Origin: Bugula neritina
Lineage: Eukaryota > Animalia > Bryozoa
Direction: 5' to 3'
Assembly: GCA_964035545.1 (NCBI GenBank)
Contig: OZ037765.1
Span: 33,045,504-33,109,503 of the forward strand
Length of the DNA: 64,000 nucleotides
Shown here: one piece after another, positions 53,501 through 61,981 of the stretch
How the letters are laid out: every line of letters starts with the position of its first letter
Position numbering within the stretch: the first letter of the stretch is position 1
Notes under the pieces: model-generated
The model's database searches: none
What the model was told of the DNA's origin: nothing
Seen by the model: the letters and a program-made list of their open reading frames with translations, nothing else
Made by a program: the position numbers and the translations under genes

Positions 53501-56500
53501 ATTTTGTAATTAAGGTTTAATTGTTCAAAATATTTGTAAGCTTCAAATAGAAATTGGTATTTCAATAATTTTTTATTTTGCTTTTCGTTCCAATTTTCTA
53601 TTTCAACAAATATGATGCGATGTAGGTCAAATAAATTTATACGTTAAAAATTACATGCAATAGCTGATACATCTTAAAACATGCAGTTGTGACTTCCTGC
53701 CTATATCTGTATTGCATAAAATACTTTTATTGCATTTAATTTTAGTCTCTTCTCACTATGCATATCTTTATATTACAGTCTCTGTCAGCTGACTCAGTTA
53801 GAGATACTAGACATAGGAGGGAATCCTCTCAACACAGTACCAGATGTGGTGTCATCACTCACATCACTTAAGCAGTTGGATATGAATAGTTGTGATATAT
53901 CCAGTCTACCTGAGAGGTTTCTGTTTATTACTATTTTACAACATTGTTATTGCCTTCTTTTAACATATATTTATACACAGCTTATAATATATAACATAAG
54001 ATGCAGTATATAAAAGTTTAGCTCAAACTTTAGACTCAGTCTAAGTTTGTGGAAAAATGCAATGAGATGTGAAGGGCCGAGTGTAATATGATATAAAAAG
54101 TTATCCTATATCGCTAGATAAAGGTGGATTATTATTTTGTGTCTACTGCACTATTGAAATACTACAGGATCTCAGCTATGTAAAATTCTATACTAGGTAT
54201 TCTGCTAAAGATTTCATGAAGAAAGAATATTAGTTATAGAATATTATTAAGGAAAGCAATGACTTATATGAAGTACTGGTACCATCTCACAACTGTATTT
54301 TGTTACTCACTATTATACATCGAGGGATGGTATTTGTATTACTAAAAGAAAGAATTAGGGATGACAATATATCCTGACAATTTAAAATCCATTTACTGTT
54401 TCATTGATAATTTTTTTACAAACTAGGAATCATTGTTATATAATTCTTTATTCTTTTGCTGTTGTATGCTTTGTATTACAGTCTCTCCCAGCTGACTCAG
54501 TTAGAGAAACTAGACATAGGAAACAATCCTCTTAACACAGTACCAGATGTTGTGTCATCACTCACATCACTTAAAGAGCTGAAGATGAATAGTTGTGGTA
54601 TATTCAGTCTACTTGAAAGGTTTGTGTGTCGCATGTTTATTACTACTTCACAATATCATTATTACCTCACCTAGCAGTATTTATATTCAACTTGTTGTAT
54701 CTAAAATATAATATACAGAACACATAGAGTAGCCATATTCTGACTGTCCTGTGTTATACAATGAAATAGTTAAAAGAGTAGAGTGTAATATAGAAATCCA
54801 CCCTTAAGCATGGTCATGGATTAGAGCCAATGCCAGGATATTATAGTGATAAAATATTCAGTCATTTATAAAAAACACAACATATTTATTCTTGAAGTAT
54901 CACGGTGCCGTATATAAAAGTTTATATTTATGCAAGTATTTTGTTAAGCATTTGATAAACATATATATTCCCTAGAGTTAGGGGTACATGACTATGACTG
55001 TTGGTCACAGGTTAATAAATGATGAAATAGTCATAAGAAGAAGTGTGAAATTAATACCTGCAGTAACAAATAGTTATAGCATCAACTAGCTTTATTTGTC
55101 ACCCATTTTAAAAATAAAAATAACAGCCGACTCCCTAATGTATATACTATGTATAGTAATGTGGACTATATATAGTAATGTATACTATGTATAGTAATGT
55201 ATACTATGTATAGTAATGTATACTATGTATAGTAATGTATACTATGTATAGTAATGTATACTATGTATAGTAATGTATACTATGTATAGTAATGTATACT
55301 ATGTATAGTAATGTATACTATGTATAGTAATGTATACTATGTATAGTGCTGTATAATATGTATAGTAATGTATACTATATATAGTAATGTATACTATGTA
55401 TAGTAATGTATACTATGTATAGTAATGTATACTAAGTATAGTAATGTATACTATGTATAGTAATGTATACTATGTATAGTAATGTATACTATGTATAGTA
55501 ATGTATACTATGTATAGTTATGTATATTATGTATAGTAATGTATACTATGTATAGTAATGTATAATATGTATAGTAATGTATACTAAGTATAGTAATGTA
55601 TACTATGTATAGTAATGTATACATAGTATAGTGATGTATACTATGTATAGTAATGTATAATATGTATAGTAATGTATACTATGTATAGTAATGTATAATA
55701 TGTATAGTAATGTATACTATGTATAGTAATGTATACTATGTATAGTAATGTATACTATGTATAGTAATGTATACTATGTATAGTAATGTATACTATGTAT
55801 AGTAATGTATACTATGTATAGTAATGTATACTATGTATAGTAATGTATACTATGTATAGTAATGTATACTATGTATAGTAATGTATACTATGTATAGTAA
55901 TGTATACTATGTATAGTAATGTATACTATGTATAGTAATGTATACTATGTATAGTAATGTATACTATGTATAGTAATGTATACTATGTATAGTAATGTAT
56001 ACTATGTATAGTAATGTATACTATGTATAGTAATGTATACTATGTATAGCAATGTATACTATGTATAGTAATGTATGTATGATATGTAAAGTGACAAAAT
56101 GATCTACTAAGTCAGTAAACTATTTTATAAACTATGTGTATTTATATAAAGCTTTAACATTGCCTTTTTCTTAAGTAGTATAATTGGCTGAATTGCAAGA
56201 TTAGTTACTGGTGATTAGTTTACTGGCGTATTTGTATTTATATTTATATAGTATTCTGAGCCTCTCAAACCTCCAACATCTGGATATCTCTAATGAAACC
56301 TTTCAGGACAATCAGGAAACTTCACACCAGATCACATGTTTACCAGATAACTTCAGCCAATTATCTAGCTTGATATATCTTAACCTCAGTGGAAATGATA
56401 CCCTAAAAGCTCTAACACCAGAGATAGCTGACATGCCTCTATTAATGTTAATAACTACTCAGGGTTGTGAGTCATTGACTTCACCACCATATGAAGTTTG

Positions 56501-59500
56501 TCAACAAGGAGCAGGTGCCATCAAGCAATACTACACAGACATTAGGAATCATGACAGTGTAGAGGTTTCCATGGTAACTGTTGCTGTCATTGGTCAGACT
56601 ATGTCTGGCAAGACTAGTCTGATTAAGACACTACAGAGTACAGATAGAACCAGAGTTCTTACTCACAGAGTAGATGGTGGACTTGATGATGATACAACTC
56701 CTGTATTCAAAATGGAAGATGTTTGTGTAGATAATGATGTTCTGAGATTCATTGACTTTGGAGGTCATGAAATCTATCAGTCAACATATCGTTTTACGTT
56801 GAAGCCAAATTGTATCCCAGTAGTTGTTGTGAGTCTGGAGCAGTATGAAGACCTGCAGCATGATATTCATGGTAATGAAGCAGTGAGACGACTGTATTTT
56901 GATTGGCTGTCGCATCTCTACCTGACCTATCCTAACCTTGGACCTCCTAAACTGGTTTTGACCCATTTGGATAAAATTGATGAAAGCGAGCTTAAAGAGA
57001 TTGAAGCTAGTTTTTTTTACCACACAAATCATGTTTTTGAAACTATCAGCCACAAAGAAACTGAGAAGTGGAAAGATAACGGTGCCTTTGCAAAAATCAA
57101 GCAATTCAAAAGGGAAACCATCTTCCAAGATGCAGATATTTATAAAGTTGGAAATGTTTACTGTGAAGCTTTCATACAGCTAAAAGAAAGATTGCTGAGA
57201 GAGAGTAAGCAGTTTGTGAAAGCAATACCAACAACCTGGGTAGAAGTTGAACAAACTTTGAAAAAGTTTAACAAAGGTTACATGCCATTCCAAGACATCT
57301 TCAGCCAGTTTTCCAACAGCATTCCGTTAACCGAAAAGCAGCTTGACATCATCCTGACATACATGCACAACTGTGGCATGTTGCTCTGGTACAAAGATGA
57401 TAAGGATTTGCGTCCTTACATATTCTATCACATCCCCACAGTCACTTCACTCCTCCAAGTTCTGTTTACTCATGATGACACAGTTTGGCAGCAGCGTCTG
57501 TCAGCTTTTAGCGGTTCCACTTCAGCTTTTCAGCAACTTCTTACTCTGGATGAATACAAGTCGTTTTCTGAAGAATTTGCTTCAACAGGAATCATGCATG
57601 GTAAGCTGTTCAAACATTTGCTAAGAACTGAAACTGATTTTGTGAAGAGTCCAGCAATGAAAATTGCTGCTAAACTTTTGGAGTCATTCAGAATAATTTA
57701 TTGCTCCACGCTGCAGAATAGAGAGAAGGTTTTTATTGTGCCATACTTCTGTAAAAAGTACCTTAGTGATAGCTTACCTAGCACAGGGAGTTTTGTCACC
57801 TTTCACGCTCAACTACGTTTTGATGGTCTTTCACTACCACAGTATGCCTACCACCAACTTGCTGTGGACATGCTTAATTCTTTTTCTCAAGACTCAGACT
57901 CCATAACAGCCAGAAATAATGGAGCTCGTGTGATGGAAAAAGATCTAAAATATCAGCTGGTACATGACTACAAGTCAGGAATAGTAAACATCCGTGTTTC
58001 CTTTGACCCCAGTCAAGTCTGCAGAGCATGGAAAGTTCTGGTTGACATCACCAACTCTTCTATTAAATACGTTGAGACCAAATGGTGTGCATGTAAAATA
58101 GGATGCAAGTTCTTCTGCCCTCACTGTGGTCTCCAGGAAGACGCCCACCCTTCCAGACGCATGAATCCTTCTTGGGTCCAGTACCATGACAAGAGGTTGA
58201 TGTCTTCTCTTCTTCCATCCGAAGCTAAACACTTCACATGCAAGAAAGATTCTTCTGTACCTGAGTGTCTCCTCAACCCTAGTGAGTATATCATATTATA
58301 ATCAATACTAAAATGATTTTATTATGAATAATTATACTTACGGTTTATATTATGTATGGTTTTATATTTATAATTATCAAAATTTTGAGTATCTTATACT
58401 ACATATTCCTTTTCTGATTGACTATATTCACATTTTTATGCTCATGTATGCCACTAATGTTATACTAATTGAATAAGGTTTTGTTTAGTTTATAATATTC
58501 TATTATGTAATTGTACGTTTCTCCATTATTTCATCTCATTCCTTGCAGTCTCTAGCTTGTCTGAAGAACAGAAAGAAGATCTTTCAAAATTCCTTAGCAA
58601 ATATGAAAAGGCTATTCCTGAAGGTAGACAATCAACTATTCTAATACTATGTTTGTACTTGGTGTTTCCTAGAAGCTAGTTATTTATAATGTGGTGCAAT
58701 TCAAAATTATCTTTAAATGATTGCTATCATTGTTATCATGCTATTTTGTGATAACTAATAGCATTTGATAACTTTAGCGTCCTTATAGTGCTATCTATCC
58801 TATAGTACATTACTGAGCAACATTTTTAGAAAAGACTCAAGTTGAATCTGATGTCGACAGTGATCACTCTGATCATGAAGATTTCTATCTTCCTGGAGAA
58901 GACCACCATGTCAAGATGGAGGTTTCTGCAACCAGAAAAGCAGCAATCAAACGCTTATTCTATTCTAACCAGGTAACCTTGTACAATTTTTTAGTTTATG
59001 TACAATTTAGCCAGCACTAAATCTGTTTTTGCTGATAAAATGGGAGCAATCATTGCATTTACATAAAGGACGTCTTCTAAAATTTCTCAACTGATAATTT
59101 AGAATAAGCATATTAAACTCACGTGTTAATATGCTCAAGAAGTAGAACTGCACAACTGAGACATTTTATGCACTGTGGTCAATAGTTTAACCCTCATTTT
59201 GAGGTAATATTTTAAATGCACATATCTGTGTTTCCCCTAGTAGTGGTTGTTACATAACTCAAAATTGGAGTGGGGAGTTATCCCTATATCATACAACACT
59301 CTGTATTTGGGTCATTTTACTTAATTTAGTACACACTGGAAATCTCCAGTTTTTAGCTATTTTTTGCAATATAGCTCCTAATGAACAAGGGATTTTGCCG
59401 AAAAGTAGTTAAATGTCAATCAACACCCATATATTATCAAGGTTCTTTTCAATTTTAATTGATTTTCCATGTTTTTTCCTAGTTACTCAGTTAATTTTGA

Positions 59501-61981
59501 TTGCAGACTGTTAGGTTTTTTTTGTCACGGTCTGCCATTAAAAGTAGCTGAAAAGTTAAAAAAAACATGGAAAATCAATTGAAATTAAAAAGAACCTTGA
59601 TAATATATGGGTGTTAATTGACATTTAACTAGTTTTGGGCAAAATCCCTTGTTTATTAGCAGCTATATTGCAAAAAAAAGCTAAAAACTGGAGATTTCCA
59701 GTGTATACTAAATTAAGTAAAATGACCCATTTACAAAATATCCAACAGCGAGTGCAAGTGGTTATGTTAGTGCCACAGAAACTAAACTTGTTGAAATACA
59801 ATGGCTATGTCCTCTCAGGTGTACAGAATGAGTGAGACTGTGCGAGGAAGAGCTCTGATTATCAACAACAACCTTTTCCCTGGTTATCCTCAACTCGAAA
59901 GAACAGGTTCTGCGGTGGATGTAGCAAATACTCTAGCAGTACTGAGAGAGCTGGACTTTGAAGTTGATGTGAAACAAGACAGAACTGCTGAGGTGACTAA
60001 ATACCTTTATTATTTTATTTCCTGTAATTGACAGATCTACGAATAGAATTATATTATATGGAATATTATGTGTTGTTCACAGGAAATGCTGAACGATATC
60101 AAAGATGAAACTCAACGCCCTGACCATGAAGACTATGGTATGCATATCACTGTACTCATGTCTCATGGTGCCACCTATGGAGCTTACGGAATGTTATACG
60201 GAGCTGACCTGAAACTTGTAAAACTTCTCGATGTCTTTGATTTGCTTTCATCTGACAACTTCAAGCACATGGCTGGGAAACCTAAAGTGGTGATTTTGCT
60301 GGCTTGTAGAGAAGGTATATTTTGTATTTTATTATATAAGCATGGGCTTTTTTCCATGTTGACTGTTTAAATATCTTGATGTATACATTTTTACATCTAC
60401 ACAAAAAGTAAAAAAATCAATATTTCGATGCTCTTTAGCCTTTAAAATGACTACTAAGTGTATAAGCTAACCTGATGTATTTATGTTTTTTTTAAAAGTG
60501 GTTGCTTGCCAAATACAAATAACTTTGAAATAGTTTACAATTTATGTAACAGAAAGTTTATTAAAACAAAGTAAAGGAGAAACAGCATGATTCTAGAAAA
60601 TATAGTGTAGCCTATACATACATTATTATTTAGAAAAGAGCAAAAATTGGCTTGCAATGAAGTTGCAGCTCTTACAGCACCAACTGCTATATTATGTTAT
60701 GTTATGTAGACAACATTTTGAAGGAAATAGCGATAACAGTGTAAAGTAAGCTATTATCCATCAAACAAACAATAGATCAGCTTCTAAATGAGTTAAAGCT
60801 GTAAGGGTCTGGCCACACACTTGTGAGAATCACACGAAATCGTCTATTTTACCAAGCCTTAAGGGTTCAAACTTTACTAATAATATAAATTCCTTTGTCT
60901 TATGACATATGCAGATATATTTCATGTACCTGTAGAGAAAGTAGACACCAAACCAGAGGAAAGTTCCAATGCACAAAAGGAACGAAAAAACTTTAACATT
61001 GATGATATGTTGATTCTGCAGTCATGTTTTGATGGTAAGTTGATCATTCCATGACTTATTAGGAGGTTCAAAATTGGCAGATGCGCTGCATGATTAGTTT
61101 AGTTACCAAACCTTGTTTGTTCAGAGTGCTTTCTTAAGCGTTTATGCAAGACTATTATTAGTTGTTCCTCTATTTTTATATAGCTGTTCTTCATACTACT
61201 TATATTATAGGTTACATGCCACATTTTTTCAGGTCGTAAATCTATAAGAAGTGTAAACTATGGAAGTCCATTCATCAGAGAGCTGGTTAAAACTCTGTAC
61301 AAACATTCTTCTCATAGAGATCTTGTTTCTCTGTTTGACATCGTGAGTCTCATATTTTAATTTAAATGTGGTGTGTGTCATGTGATGTGTGTCACGTGAT
61401 GTGTGTCATGTGATGTATGTCATGTGATATGTTTCATGTGATGTGTGTGATGTGATGTATGTCACGTGATATGTGTCATGTGATGTGTGTCATGTGGTGT
61501 GTGTCATGTGGTGTGTGTCATGTGATGTGTGTGATGTGATGTGTGTCATGTGATGTGTGTCACGTGATATGTGATGTGATGTGTGTCATATAATGTAAGC
61601 CATGTGCAAGTGAATTTTTTGGATCTTTATTTATATATAAAAGTATCATGAAAATAAATTTTTGTTTAGATAATATACATATAACGTTATTCAACCCTCA
61701 TATACAGCCAATATAAATTATTCAAATTTCCCAGCTGATTGAACTAATGCCTTTCCAACAACTTTTTAAAATTAGAAACAAAGCTATGTATAATCATGGT
61801 GTGTCTATATAAACCATGTTGATCTTTACAGGTACAGGAAAGAGTTAAAAAGGTCACTAAAAAGTTGGCTGAGAAACATAGTCACATTGCACAGCAGGTT
61901 CCAGTTGTAACAAAGACTCTCACTGGCTTGAGAAAGGTTTTATTATTTCCTAAATGCAAAGTCTGTCCAGATACTAAGTAG
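23348..61981 (+). CDS. LRR-ROC-COR-caspase (Roco GTPase-caspase fusion), ~1750 aa if all exons are included
   Basis: Exons: 23348 (first in-exon ATG 23395)-23579; 15 LRR cassettes between 23795 and 54619; 56252-58281; 58549-58623; 58830-58972; 59819-59992; 60083-60314; 60936-61034; 61233-61342; 61832-61981. All are GT-AG with compatible phases. From ATG 23395 the total is 5256 nt, ending in TAG. AATAAA at 62468-62473. Confidence 0.85.
23795..23932 (+). CDS. LRR cassette exon 1 (138 nt)
   Basis: ISQLTQLEELDIGYNPLNTVPDVVSSLTSLKQLYMSGCRISSLPE; TTACAG|...AG|GTTTGT, phase 2-2. Confidence 0.9.
24711..24848 (+). CDS. LRR cassette exon 2 (138 nt)
   Basis: LSQLTQLEELDIGYNPLNTVPDVVSSLTSLKQLDMSHCRISSLPR; phase 2-2. 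Confidence 0.88.
25617..25754 (+). CDS. LRR cassette exon 3 (138 nt)
   Basis: LSQLTQLEILYIQRNHLNTVPDVVSSLTSLKQLDMSYCSRVGLPE; phase 2-2. Confidence 0.85.
26227..26683. mobile_element. MITE-like element in an LRR intron (duplicated at 40991-41447)
   Basis: ~22-bp imperfect TIRs GCGTAGGGTCACACAACGCGGG / CCCGCGCCGTGTGGCTCTATGC; no coding capacity. Confidence 0.6.
27164..27292 (+). CDS. LRR cassette exon 4 (129 nt, degenerate)
   Basis: VDQLTQLETPDIVDNSLKTAPDVVSSLKQLNMNRCGISSLPE; in-frame 9-nt deletion and an L->P change in the LxxLxL core. Confidence 0.65.
27522..34400 (+). mobile_element. Ty3/Gypsy retrotransposon copy 1 (5' LTR, gag-pol pseudogene, extra zinc-finger ORF; no 3' LTR seen)
   Basis: LTR 27522-27928 with terminal inverted repeat TGTAGTGAATTT/AAATTCACTAC. 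tRNA-Leu-type PBS TGGTGGCAGCGGTGGGAT at 27930-27947. gag from 27987, protease LLDTG, RT YLDD, RNase H DTDAS, then integrase. The 3' boundary is approximate. Confidence 0.92.
27987..33195 (+). pseudogene. disrupted gag-pol (PR-RT-RH-IN)
   Basis: ORF fragments 29082-29972, 29982-31058, 30950-31732, 31877-32221 and 32212-32493, separated by stops and frameshifts. Confidence 0.9.
35300..35437 (+). CDS. LRR cassette exon 5 (138 nt)
   Basis: FSQLTQLEILNIGDNTLNTVPDVVSSLTSLKQLKMNRCGISSLPE; phase 2-2. Confidence 0.88.
36210..36347 (+). CDS. LRR cassette exon 6 (138 nt)
   Basis: FSQLTQLEILYIQQNHLNTVPDVVLLLTSLEQLDMSYCSRVGLPE; the donor lies inside a 50-bp palindrome. Confidence 0.75.
36337..36386. repeat. 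perfect 50-bp palindrome at the exon 6 donor / Gypsy-fragment junction
   Basis: CTACCTGAGAGGTTTGTGTGCCACA followed immediately by its exact reverse complement. Confidence 0.95.
36398..38130 (+). mobile_element. Gypsy copy 2, 3' fragment only (duplicate of ~32670-34400)
   Basis: Near-identical to the 3' part of copy 1, including downstream flank; begins abruptly after the palindrome. Confidence 0.9.
37156..38076 (+). CDS. Gypsy-associated extra ORF with C2H2-like zinc fingers (306 aa; copies at 33428-34350 disrupted and 45147-45956)
   Basis: CDECRRTFSTMKQLKIHMPQH and CPCGVHHFYRGAILRHQRNQNC motifs, basic RRQKKRK NLS-like patch, TATATAAA just upstream. Confidence 0.55.
   Translation: MSNAATVLEGKTEAVSADTGTTRYTDSSMGQHVSEERIDMLSDIHLSTVSDQSTTTTNQTVRQVDITELTGGPLELPQALLRRTTWTTRQTKTLIQALIGTDDNRRCDECRRTFSTMKQLKIHMPQHFTVTFCPCGVHHFYRGAILRHQRNQNCYIGHLYKIDADSYTEFRDMILLHVTDPDRRQTPLNQFPATRTTVESVSDADPQPLETTRTTLAPEVTTQPLRILMSRAGRTIEVDSPPLTTTTSFFPSRRQKKRKSPSDRTNKNTIPDQSLLTDVKKLQRRMAYVHIWSGSFHTTSENLQYG
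38550..38687 (+). CDS. LRR cassette exon 7 (138 nt)
   Basis: LSRLTQLEKLDIGSNTLNTVPDVVSSLTSLKQLDMNSCGISSLPE; phase 2-2. Confidence 0.88.
39466..39603 (+). CDS. LRR cassette exon 8 (138 nt)
   Basis: FSQLTQLEKLDIGNNTLNTVPDVVSSLTSLKQLKMNRCGIFSLPE; phase 2-2. Confidence 0.88.
40375..40518 (+). CDS. LRR cassette exon 9 (144 nt)
   Basis: LSQLTQLEILDIQWNHLNTVPDVVLLLTSLKQLNMSDCNVSRVGVPE; in-frame 6-nt insertion. Confidence 0.8.
41934..42062 (+). CDS. LRR cassette exon 10 (129 nt, degenerate; duplicate of exon 4)
   Basis: VDQLTQLETPEIVDNSLKTAPDVVSSLKQLNMNRCGISSLPE. Confidence 0.65.
42293..46010 (+). mobile_element. Gypsy copy 3 (5' LTR, gag, ~3.2 kb pol deletion, integrase 3' end, zinc-finger ORF)
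   Basis: LTR 42293-42698 and PBS 42700-42717, with the same host flank as copy 1. The junction at ~43800 joins the equivalents of 29030 and 32245. Retains the GPY/F motif (PKFVGPY). Confidence 0.92.
46903..47040 (+). CDS. LRR cassette exon 11 (138 nt)
   Basis: LSRLTQLEKLDIGDNTLNTVPDVVSSLTSLKQLKMNRCGISSLPE; not in the ORF track; phase 2-2. Confidence 0.88.
47820..47957 (+). CDS. LRR cassette exon 12 (138 nt)
   Basis: FSQLTQLEELDIGDNTLNTVPDVVSSLTSLKQLDMNSCGISSLPE. Confidence 0.88.
48737..48874 (+). CDS. LRR cassette exon 13 (138 nt, same translation as exon 12)
   Basis: 917-bp tandem duplicate of the exon 12 unit. Confidence 0.85.
49587..49980 (-). pseudogene. viral phospholipase A2 (parvovirus-type / adintovirus PLA2X-like) with N-terminal CxxC..CxxC zinc ribbon; truncated
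   Basis: ELHYPNHNFLGPGT Ca-loop motif. After an in-frame TGA (probable TGG) the frame continues SKPVDRDDAIAMKHDICYALNKD, containing the catalytic HDxxY. Confidence 0.8.
49993..50744 (+). pseudogene. A32/FtsK-like DNA packaging ATPase, frameshifted
   Basis: Walker A GKSGCGKT and Walker B LIIFDD. After a frameshift at the A/G run ~50423-50434 it continues TRGRHSNVVCFYLSQNYF (GRH and Q motifs of A32 ATPases), with one in-frame TAG. Confidence 0.85.
50745..51235 (+). pseudogene. viral hypothetical protein (MSVYKFG start), frameshifted near 51040
   Basis: ORF 50745-51041 continues in another frame (IIQGGVARVKIPML...) to a TGA overlapping the next ATG. Confidence 0.55.
51232..52008 (+). CDS. viral fibre-like repeat protein (258 aa)
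   Basis: LDMGKNKISRVIDPADDQDAATKTYV motif typical of viral tail-fibre/adhesin stalks, followed by ~4.5 tandem 40-41-aa repeats. Confidence 0.6.
   Translation: MSVYKFGGSGKTQIDTKKFVLINSSSTLTGTLDMGKNKISRVIDPADDQDAATKTYVNNTSMPKTLHPNNQLTISTDDGRVIDSDLKVDNVVTKTNVSNYAVPLIQNPTKKLTVSTTSGSVEDSNLSVTDVVTTNNINNFAIPKIHPSNEKLTVSTTLGNIADSNLSVNDVITTSNINNFAMPKIQPSIGGKLSMLSSEGNIVETGISIADIITTYNINNHAIPKLQGAVGNKLVISTSNGNIIESTESQPTFPSYNV
53779..53916 (+). CDS. LRR cassette exon 14 (138 nt)
   Basis: LCQLTQLEILDIGGNPLNTVPDVVSSLTSLKQLDMNSCDISSLPE; not in the ORF track; phase 2-2. Confidence 0.88.
54482..54619 (+). CDS. LRR cassette exon 15 (138 nt)
   Basis: LSQLTQLEKLDIGNNPLNTVPDVVSSLTSLKELKMNSCGIFSLLE; phase 2-2. 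Confidence 0.88.
55138..56076. repeat. 19-bp minisatellite (TATAGTAATGTATACTATG)n
   Basis: Direct tandem copies in the intron before the ROC exon. Confidence 0.96.
56252..58281 (+). CDS. large exon: terminal LRRs + LRR cap + ROC GTPase + COR domain
   Basis: LTSPPYEVCQQGAGAIKQY cap, G1 GQTMSGKTS, G3 DFGGHEIY and G4 VLTHLD (THxD is Roco-typical). COR motifs IPTTW and LTYMHNCGMLLWY, and a C-terminal CPHC motif. Confidence 0.93.
58549..58972 (+). CDS. linker exons 58549-58623 and 58830-58972 joining COR to the caspase
   Basis: ISSLSEEQKEDLSKFLSKYEKAIPE / EKTQVESDVDSDHSDHEDFYLPG...LFYSNQ. Phases 1-1 and 1-0 bridge exactly between the ROC-COR exon and the caspase exons. Confidence 0.78.
59302..59735. 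mobile_element. fold-back / MITE-like element with ~175-bp inverted arms in the intron before the caspase domain
   Basis: 59302-59477 is the near-perfect reverse complement of 59560-59735. Confidence 0.85.
59819..61981 (+). CDS. caspase (peptidase C14A) domain exons: 59819-59992, 60083-60314, 60936-61034, 61233-61342, 61832-61981
   Basis: YRM...RGRALIINN, ERTGSAVD, VLMSHG (catalytic His), GKPKVVILLACRE (catalytic Cys), and p10 motifs DMLILQS, SIRS..GSPFIREL, QVP...TL..RKVLLF. Confidence 0.92.
61366..61590. repeat. 14-bp minisatellite (TGTGATGTGTGTCA)n
   Basis: Tandem copies in the last intron. Confidence 0.92.

Noticed and set aside
23795-54619. CRISPR-like or spacer-acquisition array (repeats interspersed with viral/TE DNA)
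   Set aside because: The repeats are spliceosomal coding exons plus duplicated introns. The foreign inserts are few, kilobase-sized and explained by ordinary transposition and duplication; no cas-like genes are present.
56211-58301. Single-exon 696-aa gene annotated as LRRK2 or MFHAS1
   Set aside because: The ORF ends are intronic (acceptor 56251, donor 58282). There is no kinase domain and no evidence of orthology, so no gene symbol was assigned.
60915-60935. Alternative in-frame acceptor adding DIFHVPV after the catalytic Cys
   Set aside because: Both AGs (60914 and 60935) keep the frame and cannot be distinguished without transcripts, so this is not claimed as a feature.
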